A DNA stretch of 52,821 nt from an uncultured Candidatus Marinamargulisbacteria bacterium. GTDB lineage: Bacteria; Margulisbacteria; Marinamargulisbacteria; UBA817; CACECR01. The stretch lies in contig CACECR010000003.1 of the NCBI GenBank assembly GCA_902558105.1, positions 1 through 52,821 on the forward strand, read 5' to 3'. The notes under the pieces were generated by a model, which had not been told where the DNA came from, did not search any database, and worked only from the letters and a program-made list of their open reading frames with translations. A program made the translations under genes and the position numbers. Positions 1-9,814 of this stretch are shown here, in pieces (the first letter of the stretch is position 1; each line of letters begins with the position of its first letter).

Positions 1-25
1 AATATTCAATCAATCTTAACGAAGC

Positions 26-72
26 AATTGTAGTTTTTACAATTATTTTTGTAAAAATTGAAATTTTTACAA
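26..72. promoter_or_regulatory. Two adjacent palindromes with TGT..ACA arms (candidate upstream activator sites)
   Basis: AATTGTA-N5-TACAATT at 26-44 and TTGTAAAAATT-GA-AATTTTTACAA at 49-72; about 200 bp upstream of a sigma54-type promoter. Could instead be hairpins of an upstream gene. Confidence 0.35.
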
Positions 73-263
73 CTTTTAATAAGTTTTGAATAATAAAATG
101 TATTCAAATTTTTAATATAAGGGCTTAATATTTGGATAATAATATAACAAAAAAGAACTCAGACTTAAGTTAAAAAATAAGCGAAAAAACATAAAAATTA
201 AAGAAAAATCTAAGTAAAAAAAATCCATCAAATAAAATATCACTGTCAAGAAAACCATTTTTT

Positions 264-280
264 TGGCATATAATATGCAT
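264..280 (+). promoter_or_regulatory. Sigma54 (-24/-12) type promoter
   Basis: TGGCATATAATATGCAT: GG(265-266)-N10-GC(277-278), close to the TGGCAC-N5-TTGCW consensus. Confidence 0.55.
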
Positions 281-343
281 ATTAATTTTTACTGAATAAC
301 ACGAAACTTGTAAACCACACAATGTTTCAGGGAGGAGGAAAAA

Positions 344-514
344 ATGAGTTTAGCCACTTTTAAAATGTTGAAAGGTCAACTCGATCAAAATTATGGAGAG
401 TATCCATTTAAAGGATGTAAAACACAAACTCTGAAATTTAGTAACCGTCTCCGACAAAAGCCCAGTTTAAATCCGAGAGTTATCTGGAAACATTTAAGAT
501 ACGACGATCTATAA
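344..514 (+). CDS. Small hypothetical protein, 56 aa (not in ORF track)
   Basis: Manual translation MSLATFKMLKGQLDQNYGEYPFKGCKTQTLKFSNRLRQKPSLNPRVIWKHLRYDDL*; strong SD GGAGGAGG at 331-338, 5 nt before the ATG. Confidence 0.6.
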   Translation: MSLATFKMLKGQLDQNYGEYPFKGCKTQTLKFSNRLRQKPSLNPRVIWKHLRYDDL

Positions 515-564
515 ATAAACTTTTATAAATAACCAATCAATAGCCGTAAACGTCATACCAAACC

Positions 565-843
565 CTAGGTATGACGTTTTTCTAATACATCCACAACATC
601 TTGTAAAGACAGTCCTTGCTCTCGACAAAGAACCATAACATGATACAACAAATCAGCGGCTTCATTTGAAAACTCTTCTGGATCATTATTTTTAGCCGCA
701 ATAATAAGCTCAGCTGCTTCTTCTCCAACCTTACGAGCAATTCGATCAACGCCCTGCTCAAATAATGTACTAGTATATGATCCTTCTTTTGGATTGTTAT
801 ATCGTTCTTTTAGTAATTCATCTAATTTAGATAAAAATGTCAT
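565..843 (-). CDS. hisE: Phosphoribosyl-ATP pyrophosphatase
   Basis: GSYT, KVGEEAAE and EAADLLYH motifs of PRA-PH; starts 3 bp after the dnaE stop. Confidence 0.95.
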   Translation of the reverse strand: MTFLSKLDELLKERYNNPKEGSYTSTLFEQGVDRIARKVGEEAAELIIAAKNNDPEEFSNEAADLLYHVMVLCREQGLSLQDVVDVLEKRHT

Positions 844-846
844 AAT

Positions 847-3800
847 TTAAGCCTCCCATACTCGGCCAACACCTACTAACTGACCCAAAAGGTCGATAGC
901 GTCATCTGTTACCCAATATTTTTTATGAACCAAGACCGATTGATCTAAGACATGCATAATAACACGACGACCACCTCGATTATTTTGACACACTTGTCGA
1001 ATTTCATCTAGATACGAAATATCTTTTGATATTGCCACATCAATATGAATATCTTTGATCCGTTGTTCATCACTGATACATTCAATCGTTTGACAATTTA
1101 CAGAAATACGCTCATCCTGAACACGAACTCTACCTTGAACACGAACAATGCAATCATCTACAAACAATGCAGATTGTTCTTGAAAATTATCTGATTGAAA
1201 CAACAATACAGATAAGTCACCATGCAAATCTTCCATATTCGCAATCATCATTTCACTTTTATTTTTCGTAATAACTTTACGGCAATCCGATAAAATACCA
1301 GCAACCGTAATCCAAGACTGATCATCCTCGGGTGTTATAGATCCTGAATGATGAGACATGGAATTCAATAAATCCTTAACTAAATCAAGTGGGTGACCAG
1401 TAACATAAACCCCCATTAACTCTTTTTCATATCGTAATTTCTCGGCATCTGTTAACGGACGCGCAGACAAATCTTCTTCCATATCAAAAGCGGACCCATC
1501 ATTAATACTGGCAAATAACCCTGTTTGACCAGACTCTCGTTCCTTAACTATACGCTGTGCATGTTCTAAAGACCGTTCATAAGTTTCAAGAAGTAAGCCC
1601 CTATTGGGCTCTAAAGCATCAAAACCACCAGACTTAATGAGACTTTCAACAACGCGTTTATTCACTTGTTTTAAATCAACGCGAAGTAACATATCCATCA
1701 TAGATTTGTAGGGCCCATTCTCACGCTTTTCAACAATACTTTCAATGGCACCATCTCCAACATTTTTAATGGCACCCAAACCAAAACGAAGTGACTTATC
1801 TTCAATAGTAAACGAATGCATCGACTGGTTCACATCTGGTTGCAAACACACAATTCCCATATCTCGGCAATCAGCAATATACATCGACAATCGATCCGCA
1901 CTCCCCATAACCGAGGACAATAAAGCCGTCATGTACTCTAGCGTGTAATTCGCTTTTAAAAACGCGGTATGATAGGAAATTTGAGCATAAGCCGCACTAT
2001 GTGACTTGTTAAAACCATACTCAGCAAATTTATAACAAAGCTCAAAAACTTTATTGGCAATATCAACTGGAAACTCTTTTTCTTTAGCCCCCTCTAAAAA
2101 CTCGCCTTTCAAACGATCCATTTCAGATTTTTTCTTTTTACCCATCGCTCGACGAAGCATATCGGCTTGAGCCAGAGTAAATCCACCAATTGTACTAGCA
2201 ATCTGCATAACCTGTTCCTGGTAAAGAATCATTCCATAGGTATCTTTTAAAATCGGTTCAAGAGCATCTAAATCATACTTCACTTCTGTCTCACCCGATT
2301 TATTAGAAATAAAATCCTGAACCATACCAGACCCTAATGGACCCGGACGATATAACGCAAGTAAAGCGATCACATCTTCAAAGTTAGTGGGTTTTAAATC
2401 TTTGATAAGCTCCTTCATACCCGAACTCTCTAACTGAAAAACGCCACTAGTTTTACCCGAACATAATAAATCGTAAGTAGCCTGATCTGTAAATTCAAGA
2501 GCATCTAAATCCAACGTTTCATTACGAAACTCTTCAATAAGCTCAATGGCATGTTGAATAACCGTTAAATTACGAAGGCCTAAAATATCCATTTTTAATA
2601 GACCAAGCTTCTCTAAATTACTCATCGCATATTGAGACGATGTTTGACCTTCATTTCGGACCAACGGTACAATTGAAGATAATGGATCGCGAGATATCAA
2701 AACACCCGCTGCGTGAGTAGACGAATGGCGAGTAAAACCTTCCAAACGCATTGCAAAATCAAGTAAACGCTTATACTCCTCATTGGAATCATAATTTTGC
2801 TTTAGTTCAGGAACCAACTCTAGAGCTTCTGGAATCGTAGTTACTTTTCCAGGCGCTGCTGGAATAAGCTTCGCTAAATAATCCACATCTTTTAGTTCGG
2901 TTCCTAACGCGCGCCCCACATCTCGAACAACCGCACGAGATTGCATGGTTCCAAAGGTAATAATTTGAGAAACATGAGGCTCACCATAGCGCTGAACCAA
3001 AAAATCAATGACTTCAACACGACGCTTAATACAAAAATCCAAATCCACATCCGGCATCGAAACACGATCAGGGTTTAAGAATCGCTCAAAAAGTAATTTA
3101 TATCGAATCGGATCAATTTTCGTAATATTTAACGCATACGATACAATTGAGCCCGCCGCTGATCCCCTTCCTGGACCCACTGGAATATTTTCATCGGTAC
3201 AGAACTTTAAAAAATCATAAATAATTAAAAAGTAAATGGGGTACTGCATCTGAATGATAATATCAAGCTCAAACTTCACTCGATCCTTAATTTCTTGGGT
3301 GATTTCATCGTACTTTTCATCTATACCTTCCCAAACTAACCGTTCTAAATAAGCTTCCGAACTGAGCCCATCGGGACATTCAAAGTGAGGAAGTAAGACT
3401 TGGTCTGTAACAAATTCGATAGCACAATCATTAGCAATTTTTACAGTATTCGATATGGCTTCAGGGAAATCTTTAAATATCTCAATCATTTGATCCGCTG
3501 ATTTAAAATCACGTTCATGAAGTTCGTAATTATGAGACTCCTCATCGAGTTCTCTACCCATCTGAATACATCTTAAAATGGCTTGTAAAATAGAATCCTC
3601 TGGCGTTAAATAATACACATCATTTAACGCCACTAATGGGAGTTGATGTGTCTTAGAAAACGCAATTAAATCATCAATTAATTTAGAATTCAACTCATTA
3701 TTTTCAGGTTGTAAGCCCAGATAAAAATCTGATCCGTACAACGCTTTTAAATCTTTAGCCCACTTTTCGGCAGACGCCAACTGATCTCTGGATACACCTT

Positions 3801-4221
3801 CCGCAATCACACCATTTACACCGGGTGAAATAACAATTAAGTCTTCCGAATATTGTTTCAAATGCGCCAGATCAATCCGTGGACGATAATAAAACCCATC
3901 TAAATTAGCAATTGTCACTAACTCAGATAAATTCTGATATCCTTTAAATGATTTACACAAAAAAATAAGTCGTGAAAATGTTCTCTCTTTCACAGAGATA
4001 TCATCACAAACATGTAATTCACAACCCACTATAGGGTTTAATCCTTTGTCCTTACATTGTAAATAAAACTCAATGGCACCAAACATGACGCCATTATCTG
4101 TTAACGCTACAGACGACATAGACTGTTCTTCACATTGTGAGATTAATTGTGGAATTCGAATTGCGCCATCAAGTAGCGAATATTCACTGTGAACATGTAA
4201 ATGAACAAACCGGTCTGCCAT
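847..4221 (-). CDS. dnaE: DNA polymerase III alpha subunit
   Basis: HLHVHSEYSLLDG PHP start, GPGRGSAAGS, SMPDVDLDF, YGFNKSH; start moved to MADRFVHLH (4221) from the track's 4296. Confidence 0.97.
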   Translation of the reverse strand: MADRFVHLHVHSEYSLLDGAIRIPQLISQCEEQSMSSVALTDNGVMFGAIEFYLQCKDKGLNPIVGCELHVCDDISVKERTFSRLIFLCKSFKGYQNLSELVTIANLDGFYYRPRIDLAHLKQYSEDLIVISPGVNGVIAEGVSRDQLASAEKWAKDLKALYGSDFYLGLQPENNELNSKLIDDLIAFSKTHQLPLVALNDVYYLTPEDSILQAILRCIQMGRELDEESHNYELHERDFKSADQMIEIFKDFPEAISNTVKIANDCAIEFVTDQVLLPHFECPDGLSSEAYLERLVWEGIDEKYDEITQEIKDRVKFELDIIIQMQYPIYFLIIYDFLKFCTDENIPVGPGRGSAAGSIVSYALNITKIDPIRYKLLFERFLNPDRVSMPDVDLDFCIKRRVEVIDFLVQRYGEPHVSQIITFGTMQSRAVVRDVGRALGTELKDVDYLAKLIPAAPGKVTTIPEALELVPELKQNYDSNEEYKRLLDFAMRLEGFTRHSSTHAAGVLISRDPLSSIVPLVRNEGQTSSQYAMSNLEKLGLLKMDILGLRNLTVIQHAIELIEEFRNETLDLDALEFTDQATYDLLCSGKTSGVFQLESSGMKELIKDLKPTNFEDVIALLALYRPGPLGSGMVQDFISNKSGETEVKYDLDALEPILKDTYGMILYQEQVMQIASTIGGFTLAQADMLRRAMGKKKKSEMDRLKGEFLEGAKEKEFPVDIANKVFELCYKFAEYGFNKSHSAAYAQISYHTAFLKANYTLEYMTALLSSVMGSADRLSMYIADCRDMGIVCLQPDVNQSMHSFTIEDKSLRFGLGAIKNVGDGAIESIVEKRENGPYKSMMDMLLRVDLKQVNKRVVESLIKSGGFDALEPNRGLLLETYERSLEHAQRIVKERESGQTGLFASINDGSAFDMEEDLSARPLTDAEKLRYEKELMGVYVTGHPLDLVKDLLNSMSHHSGSITPEDDQSWITVAGILSDCRKVITKNKSEMMIANMEDLHGDLSVLLFQSDNFQEQSALFVDDCIVRVQGRVRVQDERISVNCQTIECISDEQRIKDIHIDVAISKDISYLDEIRQVCQNNRGGRRVIMHVLDQSVLVHKKYWVTDDAIDLLGQLVGVGRVWEA

Positions 4222-4289
4222 AGTGTCATAATCCCATATTTCAATCACTTTTACTAGACTGTCATAAGTGGTTAATTTGAGGCAAAGGA

Positions 4290-4318
4290 TTGTCAATTCA
4301 CGTTAAAAATGATATAAA
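4290..4318 (+). promoter_or_regulatory. Sigma70-type promoter of the nusA operon
   Basis: TTGTCA-N17-TATAAA with extended TG. Confidence 0.55.
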
Positions 4319-4349
4319 TAAATACATAAGTCGACACATGTTCACAAAT

Positions 4350-4374
4350 GGGCAGGATTTTCTGCTCTTTTTTT
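4350..4374 (+). terminator. Leader terminator/attenuator upstream of nusA
   Basis: GGGCAGG-ATTT-TCTGCTC hairpin (two G-U pairs) followed by T7, between the promoter and the nusA ATG. Confidence 0.55.
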
Positions 4375-4398
4375 ATAAATTTTTTAAGGTATTTTAAG

Positions 4399-5838
4399 AT
4401 GATTATTATTGATAATTTTGCTCAAGTAGCGGCTCAAATCGAAACAGAACGAGGTATAACAAAAGACGACCTTATATCCGCCATTGAACAAGCACTAGAA
4501 TCGGCATGCAAACGTAAGATGCCAGAAGATAGTGAATTAAAAGCCACTATTGATGAACTTACGGGTGAAGCTAAAATCTATCACCGTAAAACAGTTGTAA
4601 CTGACATTTCAGAACCTGAAGAAGAAGATGGTTTATCGGTTGTCAATCAAATTCCATTGGATGAAGCAACTGTATACCAAAATAATATTGAAGTTGGTGA
4701 AACCATTCAGATCGAAGTGACACCTAAAGATTTTGGAAGACTAGCAGCCCAAACAGCCAAGCAAGTTATTATCCAACGAATTCGTGAAGCTGAAAAAAAT
4801 CTAATCACATCCGAATTCAAAGATAAAATTGGTAGTACCATTATTGGGACAGTACAACGAATTGAAGGTCGTAATTTACTAGTTAATTTAGGACGAATCG
4901 AAGCAATCTTAACTCCAAATGATCAAATCCGAGGTGAACGATATCGCGTTAAAGACAAGATTAAAGTACTTGTAAAAGACGTGGTAACCACACCAAAAGG
5001 CCCACAAATTCAAATATCAAGAGCTCATCCAAATTTTTTAAGATGTTTATTTCATCAAGAAATTCCAGAAATTCAAGATGGAACAATCGAAATTATTAGT
5101 GTCTCTAGAGATGCCGGCAACCGCGCAAAAGTAGCCGTTAAATCTAATAATGAAAATATCGGTGCTGTAGGAACATGTGTAGGCCACATGGGAGGTAGAA
5201 TCCAAAGTATCATTAAAGAAATCAATAATGAAAAAATTGATATTTTAGAATGGAACGAAAAAACTGAAAACTATATCGCAAATTCATTAAAACCTGCGAA
5301 AATTGCACGTGTCATCATTACTAATGAAGAAGAAAAACAAGCATTAGCTGTTGTGGATAACGACCAACTCTCATTAGCTATTGGAAAAAGCGGAGTAAAC
5401 GTTCGCTTAGCCGTAAAGTTAACCAACTGGAAAATAGACATCATGAATTCAGAAGAATTCGCCGAGAAAAGTGAAGAAATCACCGGAGAGAAAGTTTTAA
5501 GTATTGAAGATAAAATTCAACAAGATGCTGAAAAATTAACAACAGAAAAAAAACCATCTAAAGAAAAAGTAGAAGATCAAAAAGAAGAGCTTACTGAACT
5601 TGAACAAAAACTAATGTCTGAAACTAAAGAGAGCGAAACAGAAACAATAAGTGAAGATGAAAAAGAAAAAGCTAAACCAGTAGAAAAAATTACAGCTGGA
5701 GAATTATGTGAAGACTACCAAATTAAATTAGCCGAACTAATGGAATTAGCTTCAGGTATGAATATTATTATTAAGTCAGCAAAAGCTACTATTCACCCTA
5801 AAGATGAAAGTAAACTACGAAAAAAATTAGAAGCGTAA
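4399..5838 (+). CDS. nusA: Transcription termination/antitermination factor NusA with C-terminal extension
   Basis: FGRLAAQTAKQVIIQRIREAE, S1 and KH domains (VGHMGGRI, LAIGKSGVNVRLA); likely start MIIIDNF at 4399. Confidence 0.96.
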   Translation: MIIIDNFAQVAAQIETERGITKDDLISAIEQALESACKRKMPEDSELKATIDELTGEAKIYHRKTVVTDISEPEEEDGLSVVNQIPLDEATVYQNNIEVGETIQIEVTPKDFGRLAAQTAKQVIIQRIREAEKNLITSEFKDKIGSTIIGTVQRIEGRNLLVNLGRIEAILTPNDQIRGERYRVKDKIKVLVKDVVTTPKGPQIQISRAHPNFLRCLFHQEIPEIQDGTIEIISVSRDAGNRAKVAVKSNNENIGAVGTCVGHMGGRIQSIIKEINNEKIDILEWNEKTENYIANSLKPAKIARVIITNEEEKQALAVVDNDQLSLAIGKSGVNVRLAVKLTNWKIDIMNSEEFAEKSEEITGEKVLSIEDKIQQDAEKLTTEKKPSKEKVEDQKEELTELEQKLMSETKESETETISEDEKEKAKPVEKITAGELCEDYQIKLAELMELASGMNIIIKSAKATIHPKDESKLRKKLEA

Positions 5839-5853
5839 ACTAGGAGAAAGGTC

Positions 5854-7827
5854 ATGAAAGTCAAAGATCTAGCTAAAGAACTGGGACAAAATATTGAAGG
5901 GTTTATGACCTTTTTAAAAGATGTAGATATTAGAGTAAAATCACCCTCTGCAAAATTAAATCCAAAAACAGTTCGCGTTATTAAAGATTTATTCAACGAA
6001 AAACCAAAAAACAATGGGGATGAATCCATTGAAAAAGAGCGTGCAAGTGTTAAAATTTCTCCAGATCCAACCACTGTTGGTGATTTAGCACAAACCTTAA
6101 ATGTTCCGTTAGGAACTATTATGCAAGCCATTCTTAAAAAAGGTCTTTTACTCAATCTTAACTCTGAGATTAATGCAGACATCGCTTGCGAAATCGCCCT
6201 AAATTTAGACATAGACTGTACCATTGAAGGAAGTTCAAGCAAAGAACAAGAAGCCAACAGCTTAAAAGACAAACTAACTGAAATCGATCTCAATGAAATG
6301 GATAGCGAATCCGCCGATCTCAAAAAACGTCCACCGATTATCACCATTATGGGTCACGTAGATCATGGTAAAACGAAATTATTAGATGCTATTAGAAAAA
6401 CAAATGTAGTAGCCTCAGAATCAGGTGGTATTACACAGCATATTGGGGCGTATCAAATTACATTTCAAGATAAAAAACTAACTTTCTTAGATACCCCAGG
6501 CCACGAGGCTTTTACATCATTACGATCTAGGGGTGCACAAGTAACAGATATTGCTATATTAGTAGTCGCAGCTGATGAAGGAGTGAAACCACAAACAATA
6601 GAAGCCTTAAATCACGCAAAAGCAGCCGGTGTAAATATCATCGTTGCTATAAATAAAATAGACAAACCAAACATAAATATTGACCAAGTAAAAAAAGAAT
6701 TAGCCGACCAAGAACTTCTTGCAGAAGATTGGGGAGGTCAAACTATTATGGCACCGGTCTCTGCAGAAACAGGACAAGGCTTAGAAGACTTACTTAATCT
6801 AATATTATTAGACGCTGAAATGCAAGATCTGCAAGCTAATTTCAATGGATACGCAAAAGGAGTAATCGTAGAATCTGAACTATCCAAACAAAAAGGTGCT
6901 ATTGCAACTCTATTAGTAAAATCGGGAACCATAAAAGTAGGTCAATTAATTGTATCTGGTACAAGTTATGGAAAAGTAAGAGCCCTCATAAACGATCTAG
7001 GTGAGAGCGTAAAAAGCGCAGCTCCAGCAACTCCTGTAGAAATCTTAGGTTTCAATGATGCACCAACTCCAGGCGAACTTTTTAAAATCGTAAACTCTGA
7101 AAAAGAAGCGCGTCAGCTAGTAGAAAAAGCAAAACAAGAACTAAAACAAGATACTAATCAAGTCAAACAAGTGTCTTTAGAAACACTATCTCAACAAATT
7201 GAAGCAGGCGATGTAAAGAAATTAAATATCATCGTAAAAGCTGATGTTCATGGTTCACAAGAAGCAATTATTGCCTCAATTGAGAAGCTTAAAACTAATG
7301 AAGTCAGTGTTCAAGTTCTTCACGCAGGGGTAGGTCAAGTAACCGAAAACGATATAAGCTTAGCGCAAGCATCAGAAGCGGTAATTATCGGATTTAATAT
7401 TCCAGAAAATCAAGATCTTAAAACACAAGCTGAAAATGAAGGTGTAAGTATTAAATACTACAAAATCATCTATGAAATAATTGAAGATATTCAACGTGCG
7501 GCTGAAGGTCTTTACACTGTAGAATATGAAGAAGAAATACAAGGTGAAGCGGAAGTAAGAGATATTTTCTCTTTTTCAAAACTTGGAAAAATTGCGGGAT
7601 CTTATGTAACCACCGGTAAAGTTCTACGCAACTCACAACTAAGAGTCATTCGTGAAGGTAATCAAATATTTGAAGGAAAATGCCATTCACTTAAACGATT
7701 CAAAGATGATGTTAAAGAAGTCGCTACAGGCTACGAGTGTGGGATTGTAATCCAAGACTTTGATGATATTAAAGAGAATGATCGAATTGTCTCATTTGTT
7801 ATGAAAGAAAAGAAAAGAGTTTTATAA
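5854..7827 (+). CDS. infB: Translation initiation factor IF-2
   Basis: [17 protein letters not shown] GTPase motifs; [13 protein letters not shown]-terminus. Confidence 0.98.
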   Translation: MKVKDLAKELGQNIEGFMTFLKDVDIRVKSPSAKLNPKTVRVIKDLFNEKPKNNGDESIEKERASVKISPDPTTVGDLAQTLNVPLGTIMQAILKKGLLLNLNSEINADIACEIALNLDIDCTIEGSSSKEQEANSLKDKLTEIDLNEMDSESADLKKRPPIITIMGHVDHGKTKLLDAIRKTNVVASESGGITQHIGAYQITFQDKKLTFLDTPGHEAFTSLRSRGAQVTDIAILVVAADEGVKPQTIEALNHAKAAGVNIIVAINKIDKPNINIDQVKKELADQELLAEDWGGQTIMAPVSAETGQGLEDLLNLILLDAEMQDLQANFNGYAKGVIVESELSKQKGAIATLLVKSGTIKVGQLIVSGTSYGKVRALINDLGESVKSAAPATPVEILGFNDAPTPGELFKIVNSEKEARQLVEKAKQELKQDTNQVKQVSLETLSQQIEAGDVKKLNIIVKADVHGSQEAIIASIEKLKTNEVSVQVLHAGVGQVTENDISLAQASEAVIIGFNIPENQDLKTQAENEGVSIKYYKIIYEIIEDIQRAAEGLYTVEYEEEIQGEAEVRDIFSFSKLGKIAGSYVTTGKVLRNSQLRVIREGNQIFEGKCHSLKRFKDDVKEVATGYECGIVIQDFDDIKENDRIVSFVMKEKKRVL

Positions 7828-7830
7828 ACC

Positions 7831-8172
7831 ATGTCATCACGAATGAAACGTGTAGAAAATCTAATTCTACAAAGTATTCCTACCATTATCAGTCAAAAAA
7901 TTAATGATGAACGAATCGGATTTATCAGCATTACTGGCGTTGAAATGAGTAAAGACTTAAGTATTGCTAAGGTGTATTATAGTCAAATTGGATCCGAAGA
8001 AGAAAAAGAACAAACGTTTAAAGGACTTTGTTCGGCAGCTGGGACTATTAAAGGCTACATCAGCAACATCGTTCATTTAAAACGGATTCCAAATTTACGA
8101 TTTATTTACGACGACTCGTTAGAAAGAGGTGTCGAAACCCTAAAAAAAATTCAAGAACTAGATATAAACTAA
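7831..8172 (+). CDS. rbfA: Ribosome-binding factor A
   Basis: ITGVEMSKDLSIAKVY, PNLRFIYDDS; canonical position after infB. Confidence 0.95.
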   Translation: MSSRMKRVENLILQSIPTIISQKINDERIGFISITGVEMSKDLSIAKVYYSQIGSEEEKEQTFKGLCSAAGTIKGYISNIVHLKRIPNLRFIYDDSLERGVETLKKIQELDIN

Positions 8173-8175
8173 GCA

Positions 8176-9126
8176 ATGACCTACGATAACATTGATCAAT
8201 TTTTACCGGTGCTTACCCGACACAAAAACAACCCTATCCTAATTGTTGGGCATAAAGATCCAGACTTAGACGCGATTGGCTCGGCAACAGCATTAGGACT
8301 ACAGTTACAACAACGTGGATATAACTGTAAAATCTGGGTGACAGAACGGATTCCAACTGACTACAAATTTTTACCAGGTCTCGACTTAATAGAAAGAAAA
8401 TACCCAAAAAACTTTAATGAAAAACTCATCGTAGCACTCGACTCTTCTCATTTAAATCGTATCCGTGATTATGAACAACTAGATATTCATACTGAGATCT
8501 TAAACATCGATCATCACTCCGATAATAGTTATTTTGGTAATGAAAATATCGTATGGGAAATGTCATCCGTAGGTGAAATGTTAGCCACATTATTCCAACA
8601 CATTGGATGGGATCTTACGAGTGATATTGCGACGTGTTTATATACCGCCATCTCTTTTGATACCGGACAATTTAGCTATAGCAATACGACAGATCATACA
8701 TTTGAAATTGCATCGTTATTACTAAAACACAATATTCAACATCACAAAATTATTGAAAGGCTAACAGAAAACAAAACACCAGCCTACTTCCAACAGATCC
8801 AAAACGCATTAAACAACATGATTTATAATGAGGACTATCGATATATCTATACCACGCTTCCACATTGCAAGGAATCACCCGGAAACGATATTATCAATTT
8901 CATAAGAATGCGAAAAAATACAGATGTTTGTATTGTATTTAGAGATCTTCCAAACCAACTCGTAAAAATTAGTCTTCGATCGAAAACAGACTTTGATGTG
9001 GCAAAGTTTGCCGCTAAATTTAAGGGTGGTGGACACAAAAAAGCCGCCGGAATACAATTAGAAGGCGATATTAATCAAATACAAAAGGACGTAATTACGG
9101 CACTAGAACATGAGCTCATTCGATAA
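8176..9126 (+). CDS. nrnA: DHH-family oligoribonuclease/pAp phosphatase
   Basis: HKDPDLDA, IDHH, DTGQF and GGGHKKAAG (DHHA1) motifs; typical context between rbfA and truB. Confidence 0.9.
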   Translation: MTYDNIDQFLPVLTRHKNNPILIVGHKDPDLDAIGSATALGLQLQQRGYNCKIWVTERIPTDYKFLPGLDLIERKYPKNFNEKLIVALDSSHLNRIRDYEQLDIHTEILNIDHHSDNSYFGNENIVWEMSSVGEMLATLFQHIGWDLTSDIATCLYTAISFDTGQFSYSNTTDHTFEIASLLLKHNIQHHKIIERLTENKTPAYFQQIQNALNNMIYNEDYRYIYTTLPHCKESPGNDIINFIRMRKNTDVCIVFRDLPNQLVKISLRSKTDFDVAKFAAKFKGGGHKKAAGIQLEGDINQIQKDVITALEHELIR

Positions 9127-9814
9127 AGTAAACGGATTTTTATTAGTTGATAAACCAGAAGGAATTAGTTCGTTTAAGGTTGTACAAATCCTACGACGTG
9201 TCACCGGTGTCAAAAAAATTGGGCATAGTGGAACCCTAGACCCACTGGCAACAGGGTTAATGATATGTGCAATCGGACGTCACTATACACGCCAACTTGA
9301 AACCTTAATGAAACGAAATAAAACATACACCGGCACCGCCATATTAGGTCAAAGCACAGATAGTTATGATGCGGATGGAACCATTACAAAAGAAACAGAG
9401 GTTCCAAAGACCCTTTCATTAGACGATTTACTAGAATCAAAAACACAATTCGAAGGACAAATCGAACAAGTACCGCCTGCTTTTTCGGCTAAAAAAGTGA
9501 ATGGAAAACGTGCCTATGAACTCGCCAGACAAGGCGAAACCATTACATTAGAAAAGAAAGCCGTTACCGTTTACGACTATCAGTGTCGGAATCTAAGACA
9601 TGGAACATTATGCGAATTTGATTACGAAATTTCTTGCTCAAAAGGAACTTACGTTCGAAGTTTAATCCATGATTTAGGTGAAAATTTAGGTTATGGTGCC
9701 CATGTTAAGACATTACGACGAACCAAAATTGAAGAAATTTCAGTTGAAGATGCCCTTCCTCTGGATAACATTAGTTTAGAAGATATCCAACACAATTTAT
9801 ATGCCGACCTTTAA
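9110..9814 (+). CDS. truB: tRNA pseudouridine(55) synthase (short form, no C-terminal PUA)
   Basis: DKPEG, GHSGTLDPLATG, PPAFSA, CSKGTYVRSL. Confidence 0.95.
   Translation: MSSFDKVNGFLLVDKPEGISSFKVVQILRRVTGVKKIGHSGTLDPLATGLMICAIGRHYTRQLETLMKRNKTYTGTAILGQSTDSYDADGTITKETEVPKTLSLDDLLESKTQFEGQIEQVPPAFSAKKVNGKRAYELARQGETITLEKKAVTVYDYQCRNLRHGTLCEFDYEISCSKGTYVRSLIHDLGENLGYGAHVKTLRRTKIEEISVEDALPLDNISLEDIQHNLYADL

Noticed and set aside
1-260. Replication origin in the AT-rich start of the window
   Set aside because: No clustered DnaA boxes seen and no dnaA context.
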